DNA of 30,763 nt from a virus (IMGVR_UViG_3300022198_001530:1-30763); one strand, 5' to 3'; counted from the first letter of the stretch, positions 18,653-27,641 are shown. The notes: a model not told the origin generated them from the letters alone. Numbers and translations: made by a program.

Positions 18653-19179
18653 TTTTGCATCTCTCTAAAAATATTAAGGATATGATGAGTTTGCCAAATC
18701 GCATCATGCAAAGCATTATGGTTAGTTAATTCAGGCAGTTCTGGATGCTCTGCTTTAACTAAATGTTTTAATGTACGGTAACACCCGTCTTGGGTAAAAT
18801 GCCATGGAGCTTTTAAACCATTATTTTTATACGCAGAGCGCAAAATCACATTATCAAAAGTGGCACCGTTCCCCCAAACTACTGGTTTGCTAGGCAAACT
18901 ATTAATAAAGGCTGTAAACTTTTCTAAAGCTTGTAATAACCCTGTACTAGCGTTATATACCTCTCTTCTAGCTTCTTCTGATTGTTGTAGCCACCACAAC
19001 ACAGTATCGCCATTAACTTTTCCATTGTGTTCCATAGCATCAGTTAAGTTTACTTTGACGTAAAATTCACGGTGTATTCCGTTAGTATAAGTAAACGCTG
19101 TAGCCCCAATAGCTATAATAGCAGCATCATTGTTAGTACCCATAGTTTCTAAATCTAACATTACATGTTGGTCTTTCAT
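18649..19179 (-). CDS. DEDDh 3'-5' exonuclease/exoribonuclease
   Basis: 'VMLDLET', 'WGNGATFD..IL' and 'HNALHDA..Q'. Confidence 0.88.
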   Translation of the reverse strand: MKDQHVMLDLETMGTNNDAAIIAIGATAFTYTNGIHREFYVKVNLTDAMEHNGKVNGDTVLWWLQQSEEARREVYNASTGLLQALEKFTAFINSLPSKPVVWGNGATFDNVILRSAYKNNGLKAPWHFTQDGCYRTLKHLVKAEHPELPELTNHNALHDAIWQTHHILNIFREMQK

Positions 19180-19181
19180 AA

Positions 19182-20828
19182 TTATTCCTTAGTAAATTTA
19201 TAGATGTGCTCATCTTCAATCTTACCCCAATTAAAGCCTGCATAGACATCCACAGGCATGGGTAAGTCCTTAATCTTAGTTGAACGACAACACTCAAACC
19301 AAGCCTCTTGCATTGCTTCAGACATAACCCTAGCTACTTGTTCGTGAACTGATCTGTCATTGTCACATTCAAGAACCCAAGAGTCATGTACAAAGTTACA
19401 AACCTTAATATCACCTGGCAAACCTCTTAACGCAGGCATCATGTAGTGTGTAGCTAGTTTAGCCACTTCAGCACCAAAGCCTTGCACTTGTATATTAAGA
19501 TGGTCAGTCATTAGTTTGCCAACATAACGACGACCAAGAGGTGTCTGCCAGGGTTGCTTCTTGCGCCAAGCAGCTATACCGCGTTGTTGCCAGGCATAGA
19601 TACCAGTCCATAAGTTTTGCCACTTCTTCTTAATCATAGCTAACTCAGCTTCTGGAACTAATAGGCCTGCGTCTTTAATCAAGATAGACCCCAGCATGCC
19701 ATGACTACCTCCATACAATAAGTTGAAGTTAGCTGTCTTAGCTACTTGCCTAGACGCTTTAATCATGTCTGCAGTATATTGGTGCAAGTCTTCGCCTGAA
19801 CGGAATAGCTCTTCCATACGTAGTTCGCCAGTTATTGCGCAACCTCCACGTAGCTCTAATTGTGAATAGTCACTGTATATAAGTGATCTACCGCTGTCAG
19901 GCTCTACGCCAAAGACGTCTTTAGTTTTGCGTGGGATCTGTTGAAGGTTCTGGTCACCACAAGTACAACGACCTGACCTGGCTGAGGGTTTAAACCGACC
20001 ATAAATGCGGCCAGAAGCAACATCAAACTTAGTTAAGAAGCTATTCTGTTTTATTAACTTGCGAACTTCATTAACTTGTGCGGCTCGTTCATTACCTTGC
20101 AAGGCAAAGGTAGCTAAAGCTAAACCGTCTGATTCGCTCTCACCGATGTATGGACGAACTTGTTGCCAGGAGTTAACATTAATAGGTAAAGCTAACTCAT
20201 CAATGCGAGCTAGGTTAGATCTGTAACGGTTTTGCAACTCTTCCGCTAACACAGGCATACCATTTTGCTGAAACTCAAGACAGTATCTGGTAAAGAGAAT
20301 GTCTAGCTTATAGCTAAAATCGTCTTGCATCTCAGATAACTTGTCAAGCACTTCAAACATATGGAATACATCTAGCGCCGCATACATTTCTTGTGCAGGA
20401 GACAATAGACCTGACCAACTAGATTTCTGCAAATCTTTCTTGCTCAGCCCTGCTTGTTCATAAGGATCATAGCCTAAAACATAGCTAAGGACATCATCAA
20501 GAGTGAACTTCTCTTTAGTATAATAGTACAAACGAGACAAGTAAAATGTATCAATAAACTCACCAGGCAGCCAGTTAGCTCCTGTTTGAGTTTGGAGTAC
20601 TGAAAAATCATAGTGCAGGTTATGGCCAATCGGGGTCACTTCTTTAATGAAGTTAGCTAATGTGTATGGCTCAGGCTTACGTACTAGCTTAACTTCAGGC
20701 CAATGTGGCTGATAGAATTGAGCAACCTCTATTTGACCATAGAAACCATCAGTTTCTGTGTCAAAAGCTATGGGTTGCTTTATGTTTGTTGAGGACATTA
20801 CATCCTCAAGAGTAGTGAATGCGTACAT
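19182..20828 (-). CDS. DNA polymerase, family A (3'-5' exonuclease + polymerase)
   Basis: Exo motifs 'FDTET', 'HNLHYD', 'YAALD'; 'SGR.....NLQQIP'; motif A 'DYSQLELR'; motif B 'RQVAKTANFNLLYG'; motif C 'VHDS'. Confidence 0.95.
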   Translation of the reverse strand: MYAFTTLEDVMSSTNIKQPIAFDTETDGFYGQIEVAQFYQPHWPEVKLVRKPEPYTLANFIKEVTPIGHNLHYDFSVLQTQTGANWLPGEFIDTFYLSRLYYYTKEKFTLDDVLSYVLGYDPYEQAGLSKKDLQKSSWSGLLSPAQEMYAALDVFHMFEVLDKLSEMQDDFSYKLDILFTRYCLEFQQNGMPVLAEELQNRYRSNLARIDELALPINVNSWQQVRPYIGESESDGLALATFALQGNERAAQVNEVRKLIKQNSFLTKFDVASGRIYGRFKPSARSGRCTCGDQNLQQIPRKTKDVFGVEPDSGRSLIYSDYSQLELRGGCAITGELRMEELFRSGEDLHQYTADMIKASRQVAKTANFNLLYGGSHGMLGSILIKDAGLLVPEAELAMIKKKWQNLWTGIYAWQQRGIAAWRKKQPWQTPLGRRYVGKLMTDHLNIQVQGFGAEVAKLATHYMMPALRGLPGDIKVCNFVHDSWVLECDNDRSVHEQVARVMSEAMQEAWFECCRSTKIKDLPMPVDVYAGFNWGKIEDEHIYKFTKE

Positions 20829-20852
20829 GGAATCCTCTATAGGGTTATGTAA

Positions 20853-20878
20853 AGGCAGTTTAATGTCGTGCCCAGGAC
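20853..20878 (-). other. Candidate compact H-type RNA pseudoknot between SSB and DNA polymerase
   Basis: Transcript strand GUC-CU-GGGCA-C-GAC-AUUAAAC-UGCCU: S1 GUC/GAC, S2 GGGCA/UGCCU, A-rich loop. Confidence 0.4.
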
Positions 20879-20891
20879 TTCAGCCTACAGT

Positions 20892-21494
20892 TTACAGGCG
20901 AGGCTTGACAGGTGTCTCAGCAGAGGACTCATCAGGGATAGCTCCCATATCATCAACACCTTCAAATGCATCATCTTCGTCCTCATCAATAGCATCGAAG
21001 TTATCTCCGCCAGTGAATTCTTTGAACTTAGACAATTGAATAGAGTTGAGATACAGCGTGACTCCACGAGCGGCTTTGCCGTTGTCATAGATACCCATCG
21101 CACCACCAATACGACCGCGGGAACCGTTACCAATCTTCTTGTTTCCAAGAGAGACTTCAGCACCCTTTGCATTGAAGGTTTTTACAACTTTGGCAGAACC
21201 GTCAGGAAAGACAGTACCTGTCCAGAAGTTGAACGACACACGACCGGTAGAGTTACCTTCGTCATCTTCAAGAATCTTGAAGCCCAGGGACTTGGGATCC
21301 TTACTACCTTTTGGCTTGTTTTCTTCCCAGAAATTCTCGATTTTTTCCATGAATGCTTTACAAGCATCAGAGTCTTCATCAAGAACCACAGAAGCAACAA
21401 AACGGTCGTTATCATTAAGGTCTTTCTTACCTTTACCGGTAATGAAAACCCACTCAAGATCGCCCACAGGGGACTGTATATTTTCGGCTGTCAT
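20892..21494 (-). CDS. Single-stranded DNA-binding protein (T7 gp2.5-like)
   Basis: 'IGNGSRG', 'GVTLYLNSIQL' and an acidic C-terminal tail; adjacent to the polymerase; GGAG RBS. Confidence 0.85.
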   Translation of the reverse strand: MTAENIQSPVGDLEWVFITGKGKKDLNDNDRFVASVVLDEDSDACKAFMEKIENFWEENKPKGSKDPKSLGFKILEDDEGNSTGRVSFNFWTGTVFPDGSAKVVKTFNAKGAEVSLGNKKIGNGSRGRIGGAMGIYDNGKAARGVTLYLNSIQLSKFKEFTGGDNFDAIDEDEDDAFEGVDDMGAIPDESSAETPVKPRL

Positions 21495-21548
21495 AATTGA
21501 CTCCTAATTAGTTGAAGAATTGTCACATCTGACTGATGTAACTAACAT

Positions 21549-21578
21549 ATTATATTGTACTATACACAGCTTGTACAA
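21549..21578 (-). promoter_or_regulatory. Sigma70-like promoter for the SSB-polymerase operon
   Basis: TTGTAC-N18-TATAAT with an AT-rich upstream tract; overlapped by the inverted repeat TATTGTAC/GTACAATA (21553-21560 / 21573-21580). Confidence 0.75.
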
Positions 21579-21615
21579 TAAAATATTTTTATGAGGCATA
21601 AGCATAACTTATCCT

Positions 21616-22959
21616 CTAATTTGTAAACACAGTGTCTGATGCACGGCTGATAGCTACATACATCAATCTTAAGTAGAGAGTAAAATCTCTAGCTGCGCAA
21701 TGGTACAGGTCATCCGTGTCAATGCACACATACTTATATGTACTACCTTGACTCTTATGCACTGTCATTGCATGAGGAAAGTCCAGGCATATTACACACT
21801 CTTTAAATGTGAGGTAGTCTCGCCAGGCCTTTGCTCGCTTCTTAGCTAATGGGTGTGTGGGATTAGCTTGAGCCCATAATCTGGCATTGCCGTTAGCAAA
21901 CTTTTCACACTCTTTATTAGCTTTAGCAGCGGCTTCTTTGAGTCTTGTGGTATAGCACTTATACTCATAGTGGCCAAATATATAGGCTCTAACTGACTCT
22001 ATATGGTCTAAGTCGACAAAGTAACCTATACGAATATCAGGCATAGACACTAAATGCTCTAGTGTTCTATACTTAGAATCCCAACCTAACTTCTTTTCAC
22101 CATAAGCTAAGCTGATTTCTTCAATATCATGCAGATCTAAGGCATCATTGATAACAAAGTAATGTTCACGATTAGTTGGACTGAATACAGCATCATTAAC
22201 TTCTACATATGATTTGCCCTCGATCTCAGCATTCCATTGCTCAACTGCTTGGTTTGTATAAGCTAATAAGACAATATCTTCACCTGCGTTCTGCATAGCT
22301 TTGTATTGCTTAGCTAAGTCTACTTGACGAATGAAGTTCTTATTAGCCTCTAAAGGCATAGGTTCTTCACCTCCAATATACTTAACTAATGTATGCAGTA
22401 AGTCTAATAACTCATTACCTTCTGCCTGGCGATAAACATGTGTTAATTGTACCCACCATTTACCATTAGGATTAATGGTTTGCATGTCTCCTATTGGAGG
22501 CAGCTGGTTCATATCGCCAATATAAACCACTTTAGTTCGTGGCTCACCAGTCTCAGGATCCTCAGATGCAGTAACTATATCCATATAGTCTTGTTCTCCA
22601 ACCATAGAGAACTCATCTACAAATAAGACTTGAGTGGTCTCAGGTGTTCCATGCTGACGACTTACTTCAATGTGTTGAGCTTTAGTAGCTAAGTCATTAA
22701 TAGTAGGTCGTTTAGATAGATAGGCATGCAATGTACAAATGTTGGCATTAGGTGAAAGCTTCTCAGCTAAGATTCCACATGCTTTGTGTGTGAAGGCACA
22801 AATAGTAGTCTCAAGCTTTTGGCTAACACAATAGTCAACTAATTGCTTGAGTGAAGTTGTTTTTCCGGTCCCTGCCGGTCCAGTGATATAGAAAGTCCAA
22901 ACAGTCTCATCCTTGAGAAACTGCTCGAACTTATCTTGCAAACTAATAGTTAAATTCAT
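21616..22959 (-). CDS. SF1B (Dda/RecD-like) helicase
   Basis: 'GPAGTGKTT', 'AFTHKA', 'VDEFSM', 'GD.NQLPP', 'YRQ', 'AMTVHKSQGSTY', 'YVAISRA'. Confidence 0.93.
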   Translation of the reverse strand: MNLTISLQDKFEQFLKDETVWTFYITGPAGTGKTTSLKQLVDYCVSQKLETTICAFTHKACGILAEKLSPNANICTLHAYLSKRPTINDLATKAQHIEVSRQHGTPETTQVLFVDEFSMVGEQDYMDIVTASEDPETGEPRTKVVYIGDMNQLPPIGDMQTINPNGKWWVQLTHVYRQAEGNELLDLLHTLVKYIGGEEPMPLEANKNFIRQVDLAKQYKAMQNAGEDIVLLAYTNQAVEQWNAEIEGKSYVEVNDAVFSPTNREHYFVINDALDLHDIEEISLAYGEKKLGWDSKYRTLEHLVSMPDIRIGYFVDLDHIESVRAYIFGHYEYKCYTTRLKEAAAKANKECEKFANGNARLWAQANPTHPLAKKRAKAWRDYLTFKECVICLDFPHAMTVHKSQGSTYKYVCIDTDDLYHCAARDFTLYLRLMYVAISRASDTVFTN

Positions 22960-23159
22960 TATCTACCTGAACCCGGTTCATGAATCGTGTCCAGCAGTTG
23001 TTTTGCAAGTGTCACGGCCCCATCGTCAGGGTGATGCAGTACAGTTTCCCCTGTGTCTACGTCATAGGGGTATTTGCCGTCCTTTTGCATTGGCTGTTCA
23101 CGGGTCGCGCTTCGCGCAAAAATAGGCGAGCCATTGATGGAAATTGTCACAGTTATCAT
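22959..23159 (-). CDS. Hypothetical protein
   Basis: GGAG RBS favours ATG 23159; stop overlaps the helicase start. Confidence 0.65.
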   Translation of the reverse strand: MITVTISINGSPIFARSATREQPMQKDGKYPYDVDTGETVLHHPDDGAVTLAKQLLDTIHEPGSGR

Positions 23160-23185
23160 TTGTTGCTCCAATTTGTTTTGTTCAG

Positions 23186-23494
23186 TTATGCGGCAATAAC
23201 ATTTCTGCTATCTGCCTCACATTTTGCTGCTGCTTTCGTATCAAACAGTTTATCGGCATCGTGCAAAGTGCCGGTGCCGATGCCGGTTTCAATGCACATA
23301 TATTGTTCCTTAGTTTCTTTCTGAGCCATGTAGTTGCTGAAAATTTCTTCGCCTTCAACTCCAAGAGAATCAGTGATTTCCACCCTTACCTGACCAATAG
23401 TCATCGGGCCTATTACTTGCCACTTATCAGTGATGTATTCGTGCTGAACGCCATACACCGTGTCGCCGTTACTAAATTTAGTTTCTATCTGCAT
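23186..23494 (-). CDS. Hypothetical protein
   Basis: GGAGA RBS favours ATG 23494; the 'IETKF..GD.VY' start is common in small phage beta-barrel proteins. Confidence 0.65.
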   Translation of the reverse strand: MQIETKFSNGDTVYGVQHEYITDKWQVIGPMTIGQVRVEITDSLGVEGEEIFSNYMAQKETKEQYMCIETGIGTGTLHDADKLFDTKAAAKCEADSRNVIAA

Positions 23495-23537
23495 TGTAGT
23501 TCTCCATAAAATCTGCATAACAAGTCTAAGCTAATAG

Positions 23538-23945
23538 TCAGATCCATTGCTTTGTAGTAGGCGACGCATGCTTAGTAATATTTGTAGCTTTTGCATTGCG
23601 CAAGTCATTAGCTATACCTAACTTAGCTTTACGGATTCGTAATTGTAAATCCGCATAACCTGTTAAGTCTACTATGTCCACAATATGTTTGAACTCAATA
23701 GTATTAGACAGCTCAACCTGGCAAGTCTCATGGACTTCAACTACTTGTACAACAGAGAATCCTTTCTGAGTCTCTACTACTGCATAGTCACCCTCACTTA
23801 CTTTGCCTTGCATATCATCAGGCACAATGTAAGTGTACTTGCGAGGCCCATCAGACCCATAAGTAGTTGAAGGAAAGATACAGCCAATAGTTTGCACCTG
23901 TTTTTCAATCAGCAATGCATTATACAATTTCAGTTCGTCTTTCAT
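23538..23945 (-). CDS. Hypothetical phage protein
   Basis: 135 aa with a 'K.YTY......GD..VV.....V..V' pattern; GGAG RBS; TAATG coupling. Confidence 0.7.
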   Translation of the reverse strand: MKDELKLYNALLIEKQVQTIGCIFPSTTYGSDGPRKYTYIVPDDMQGKVSEGDYAVVETQKGFSVVQVVEVHETCQVELSNTIEFKHIVDIVDLTGYADLQLRIRKAKLGIANDLRNAKATNITKHASPTTKQWI

Positions 23946-24103
23946 TACAGATCTCCATAGTTAGTTACAAACCATTCAGCGAAAATCCGCTTCTTACCTT
24001 GGATCTTACAGATAAGAATTCCAGGCTTTTTACGAATGTCTTTTTCCAGGACTTCGACTTCAGTTCTGTTTAACAACTTAACAGTTATAGACCTAATACT
24101 CAT
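23945..24103 (-). CDS. Small basic hypothetical protein
   Basis: GGAGA RBS favours ATG 24103; coupled to both neighbours. Confidence 0.55.
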   Translation of the reverse strand: MSIRSITVKLLNRTEVEVLEKDIRKKPGILICKIQGKKRIFAEWFVTNYGDL

Positions 24104-24494
24104 TTGCTTTTGTCTCCATTTGTTCAAGACGTTCAAAGATACGCGCTAAGTTTAACGCGATTGCTTTACCATCAGGCTCCCAGTCATGCATACAATACTT
24201 TGGTATGCCAATAACTAAGGAGTCTGGATCAGTAAACTGTACTTGTATACCACGCCGTTTACATTCAGCAATCAATTGTTTTTGACGCTTAAGTAAATAG
24301 CCACAGCGAGTATAAAAGAATTTCATATGGCCAGTGCCAAGCACATACTGGTCAGATTGTGTGTGACAAGGTAATTCGCCTTTCCCTTCAAGTGCTTTCT
24401 TTACAAGAGTAAAGATACGAGGCAACTCACGATACTCAGCTAACAAGTGTTTGTCGTGTAGTATCTCAGGATCCACACAGTTGATACGTGTCAT
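24093..24494 (-). CDS. denV: Pyrimidine-dimer DNA glycosylase / endonuclease V
   Basis: 'MTRIN...L.D.HLLAEYRELPRIF' (Thr2 and the catalytic Glu), 'Y.LGTGH.KFFY' and 'E...RG', as in T4 endonuclease V. Confidence 0.93.
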   Translation of the reverse strand: MTRINCVDPEILHDKHLLAEYRELPRIFTLVKKALEGKGELPCHTQSDQYVLGTGHMKFFYTRCGYLLKRQKQLIAECKRRGIQVQFTDPDSLVIGIPKYCMHDWEPDGKAIALNLARIFERLEQMETKANEY

Positions 24495-24523
24495 AACTAA
24501 TTCCTACTGTTCTGTAAAACTCT

Positions 24524-24553
24524 ATTATACTATGATACTATAAGATAGTATAA
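24524..24553 (-). promoter_or_regulatory. Sigma70-like promoter upstream of denV (symmetric)
   Basis: TTATAC-N18-TATAAT embedded in the 11-bp inverted repeat TATTATACTAT/ATAGTATAATA. Confidence 0.7.
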
Positions 24554-24584
24554 TAAAAAGATTTTATACCGTCATAGATAAATC

Positions 24585-24863
24585 TTATGCTATTAGCACT
24601 CCTGTGTCAACTTTATATCCATTAGCAAATATATCGCAATGTGACAGCGTGACAGCTATGTCCTTTTTTACTTGTAGGGCTATACTTAGATGTGTTTTGA
24701 TCATAAAAGTGCAGTTATGCACAGTTACGCTACGATTAATTTTTAAAGTCCCATATAGGTAGAAGACTTTATTAGTTACTACACCTTTTCTAGCATACCA
24801 GTTAAATCTTATAGTCGTCTTAAGTACTTGAAATATGATATATATTTTAAGTAATATACTCAT
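24585..24863 (-). CDS. Hypothetical protein
   Basis: 92-aa ORF with an ATGA overlap on the primase stop. Confidence 0.5.
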   Translation of the reverse strand: MSILLKIYIIFQVLKTTIRFNWYARKGVVTNKVFYLYGTLKINRSVTVHNCTFMIKTHLSIALQVKKDIAVTLSHCDIFANGYKVDTGVLIA

Positions 24864-27157
24864 AGTTCTATTCCTGGGTCTTCAAACCCTTCATCTTTAA
24901 GTTCAGAATATTGCAAGCTAGGTACATGGAAATAATAAGACTTTACTCCGTCTTTAGTTGTTGGTACTTTCTTAAACCCTGCATCTTGCATAGCTGCTGC
25001 CATGCCTCTCTTGACTCCAGCAAAATCTGTCATAAAAGAATATAGATCGAACAGGTCATCCTCATATATTCTTTGCTCACCTGCATGACTTAACACATGA
25101 GGCACATCAAACTCTTCTATTAAGTCATTAAGTGCATCAAACATATTGTGCTTAAAGTAATAAGCTAACTTAGGTGCAGCAGGTAATGAATCAGCTATTA
25201 GATTATGCTTAGTACTACTATATAACGGTGTTACATACTCATCGTATGACATATCCTCAACTTGAGTAGCTAAGTAATAACAGAAGTCTTTTGACTCTTG
25301 CTCAAGCAGCTCATGTACTTTAGCTAAGCCTCCGTAACCTTCTACCCACTCTGCTGTAGCCATGCTATTAGGCGTACCAGCAATCAGTGCTCGTCTGTCT
25401 CCATCCTCTAATAGTAGTGGATTAGTATTAGCTGTTAATATGAATGTAGCATTGTGCTTGTACGAGAAGCCATCTGACCGCATCTGCCTGACTTGAATAG
25501 TGTCTTTACCTGAGTATGCCTTTATCTTACCTAAAGCTTCTTGCTTATCTGCATACCTGGATAACTGGTTTCCATACTCATCTAGTTGAACAAAGTATCG
25601 ATCAACTATCCACCCATTATACTGCTCTAGGAATTCTTTAGTTGTTGGTTTAGCTATGTAGTCTTCTCCGATTATGTAACTAAGAAGTCTTACAAATGTG
25701 TCTTTGCCTGAGCCATGAGTACCTAAGAAGTAAAGTACTACTGGCGAATAACTAAATGTAGTTAGTTTCTTTCTTAAGAACTTTAGTATATAAATCCTGG
25801 TCCTAGTATGCGGCACTAAATGTTCAAAAAACCTAAGTGTTACCTCAGGCTCCTTATATAGCTTAGCGTATACCTCAGGCTTATTGAGTATAGCTAATTG
25901 TGGAGTTTGTTGAAAGATATTAAATTGTCTGGTATAGTGGTCTTTAGAGTAGAATCCAAATTCCTTTGCAGGGTCGTTGATAGTGCGTACTATTGGCATA
26001 ATGCTTTTGAAGTTCTTTCGTTGTGGTAAACCCAGACCAATAGTATCGATGTAAGAGAACACGTCAGTGTCTTTATAATATGAGGCGACTGTACCTAATG
26101 TGAAGTTAACTAAGTAGTAACTGGCTCGTATATCATCAAAGAACACCTCAATAGCCTCACCAAGTTTATTGATAAAGCTAAAGCCTCGTTGCTTCCATTC
26201 TTTATCATATGTCCATATAGACTCACCATTAATAGTAGCACTGCCACTTAACATAGGTTTGATTATAGTGGCTCGTAGCTGCTTTGGATCCATAGGCTCA
26301 GACCAGAGCTCGTTAATGAACTCTATGGCCTCCTCATACAGGTCCTGGTCAATGCTCGCATCTTTGCCCAATATAGCTGAGACTTTACTAAGGTACTCTG
26401 ACCCACGACCAGTAGGCACTTGATCAGGATGTAGATACCCGTGCTTAAGGTATTGTGGAAGCTCTCTGAAATCTTTAGGCGTAATTATTCTAAACAATGT
26501 AGGGCTGAACTCTTCTTTCTGTAGCATCAGTTCAACAGTAGGCGCCAGGAAGTTAGCTAATTGGACTTTACCATTCGTTGGCTCATCGGTTGCAACAGTC
26601 TTGGTCTTAGCTATATAATACTGGTCATACAATGACTTTAGCATCGTATAGACCTCAATCGGCATACCTACTAGCTTAGGCATCTCCTCAAATGTCTCTT
26701 GCGGCCAGGGCTCCTTAGTTGTGTTAGCGTCGGTTGGCAAATATACAAAGCCATTATCAGAGTAAAAGTCTAGCTTAATAGTCTCATTGTTCAAACTAAA
26801 CGATGGTATATTGTATTGCTCTTTCTCTGGATACTTGTATAGGATAGTGCCGCCACCTGATGGCTTACCTTTAGATATAAAGTGGAATTGATTCTCTGGA
26901 TCCAGGGCTTTGAACATTGAGTAAGTAACAGAGCTATCACAATCTATAGCTATCATGCCACTAACTTTACCGCACATAGTGCCGCCTAGAGATACAGCTT
27001 TCTCGTTAAAGGTACTGTTATATTTGTCCTTCCAATCCTTCTCAAACTGGGGTATAGTTTTTTTACCGTTCTCTAACCTCTTTAGCTCTCCTTTTAAAGG
27101 AACAGTATGAAACCCCATCTCTATGAATGGTTGTATAGTTTTCATCGCTCTAGCCAT
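24860..27157 (-). CDS. Bifunctional primase-polymerase fused to a P-loop (D5/SF3-like) helicase domain
   Basis: N-terminal prim-pol pattern 'GF.TVPL....K..P....W...G..CG..SG..AIDCD'; C-terminal Walker A 'GTHGSGKDT', Walker B 'VQLDE', 'TAN' and 'DRR'. Confidence 0.85.
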   Translation of the reverse strand: MARAMKTIQPFIEMGFHTVPLKGELKRLENGKKTIPQFEKDWKDKYNSTFNEKAVSLGGTMCGKVSGMIAIDCDSSVTYSMFKALDPENQFHFISKGKPSGGGTILYKYPEKEQYNIPSFSLNNETIKLDFYSDNGFVYLPTDANTTKEPWPQETFEEMPKLVGMPIEVYTMLKSLYDQYYIAKTKTVATDEPTNGKVQLANFLAPTVELMLQKEEFSPTLFRIITPKDFRELPQYLKHGYLHPDQVPTGRGSEYLSKVSAILGKDASIDQDLYEEAIEFINELWSEPMDPKQLRATIIKPMLSGSATINGESIWTYDKEWKQRGFSFINKLGEAIEVFFDDIRASYYLVNFTLGTVASYYKDTDVFSYIDTIGLGLPQRKNFKSIMPIVRTINDPAKEFGFYSKDHYTRQFNIFQQTPQLAILNKPEVYAKLYKEPEVTLRFFEHLVPHTRTRIYILKFLRKKLTTFSYSPVVLYFLGTHGSGKDTFVRLLSYIIGEDYIAKPTTKEFLEQYNGWIVDRYFVQLDEYGNQLSRYADKQEALGKIKAYSGKDTIQVRQMRSDGFSYKHNATFILTANTNPLLLEDGDRRALIAGTPNSMATAEWVEGYGGLAKVHELLEQESKDFCYYLATQVEDMSYDEYVTPLYSSTKHNLIADSLPAAPKLAYYFKHNMFDALNDLIEEFDVPHVLSHAGEQRIYEDDLFDLYSFMTDFAGVKRGMAAAMQDAGFKKVPTTKDGVKSYYFHVPSLQYSELKDEGFEDPGIEL

Positions 27158-27450
27158 GCTCCTACAGGGAATCTGCCTACATACTTCCAGGTCTCAGGTT
27201 GCTCTTGCGCACCAGGCACTTCATGTATAAGCCAGTCTGGAAATAGTGAAGCCTCCATAACTTTAGCTATCTTTGGATTAGTGTTTATATAACCCAGGAA
27301 TTTTTCATAGTACTCTAGGAGTGTTGTGAAAGTAGGCACACTCATATTGATCTGATTATCAGTATGAATCTTCCTTACTGGTACACCTATGGTTGACAGT
27401 TCATACATTTTATGTAAGTACTGTTTGCTGATTAACTTACGTGCTCTCAT
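27142..27450 (-). CDS. Hypothetical protein (possible HTH-type regulator)
   Basis: 102 aa, first gene after a promoter and overlapping the primase start; 'GVPVRKIH......MSVPTF' is weakly HTH-like. Confidence 0.6.
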   Translation of the reverse strand: MRARKLISKQYLHKMYELSTIGVPVRKIHTDNQINMSVPTFTTLLEYYEKFLGYINTNPKIAKVMEASLFPDWLIHEVPGAQEQPETWKYVGRFPVGAWLER

Positions 27451-27478
27451 TAGTTTCTCTTTTAGGAAGGGAACTATT

Positions 27479-27508
27479 ATTTTATAAGGATAAATTATAA
27501 AAGTAAAA
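27479..27508 (-). promoter_or_regulatory. Sigma70-like promoter for the primase operon
   Basis: TTTTAC-N18-TAAAAT, same spacing as the other four promoters. Confidence 0.55.
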
Positions 27509-27561
27509 TTTAATTTATCTATTGTAATTATAAGGTAAGCTTATAGCTAACTAGCAGGCAT

Positions 27562-27589
27562 AAAAAAGCCCCACTCCGAAGAGTGAGGC
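27562..27589 (-). terminator. Rho-independent terminator
   Basis: GCCUCACUC-UUCG-GAGUGGGGC followed by U6. Confidence 0.9.
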
Positions 27590-27641
27590 AACTACAGGGT
27601 AATCCTCGCTAAACCCCTGCAGCTATAGGGTATAGCTAAGG

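Noticed and set aside
16688-20828. 2-aminoadenine (Z) or 7-deazaguanine genome pathway
   Set aside because: Despite the diphosphohydrolase-type domain, no purZ, folE/queC/queD/queE or dpdA-like gene is present in the window.
20868-21507. Several long alternative-frame and antisense ORFs over the SSB gene
   Set aside because: Expected shadows of strong codon bias; no RBS or recognisable motifs.
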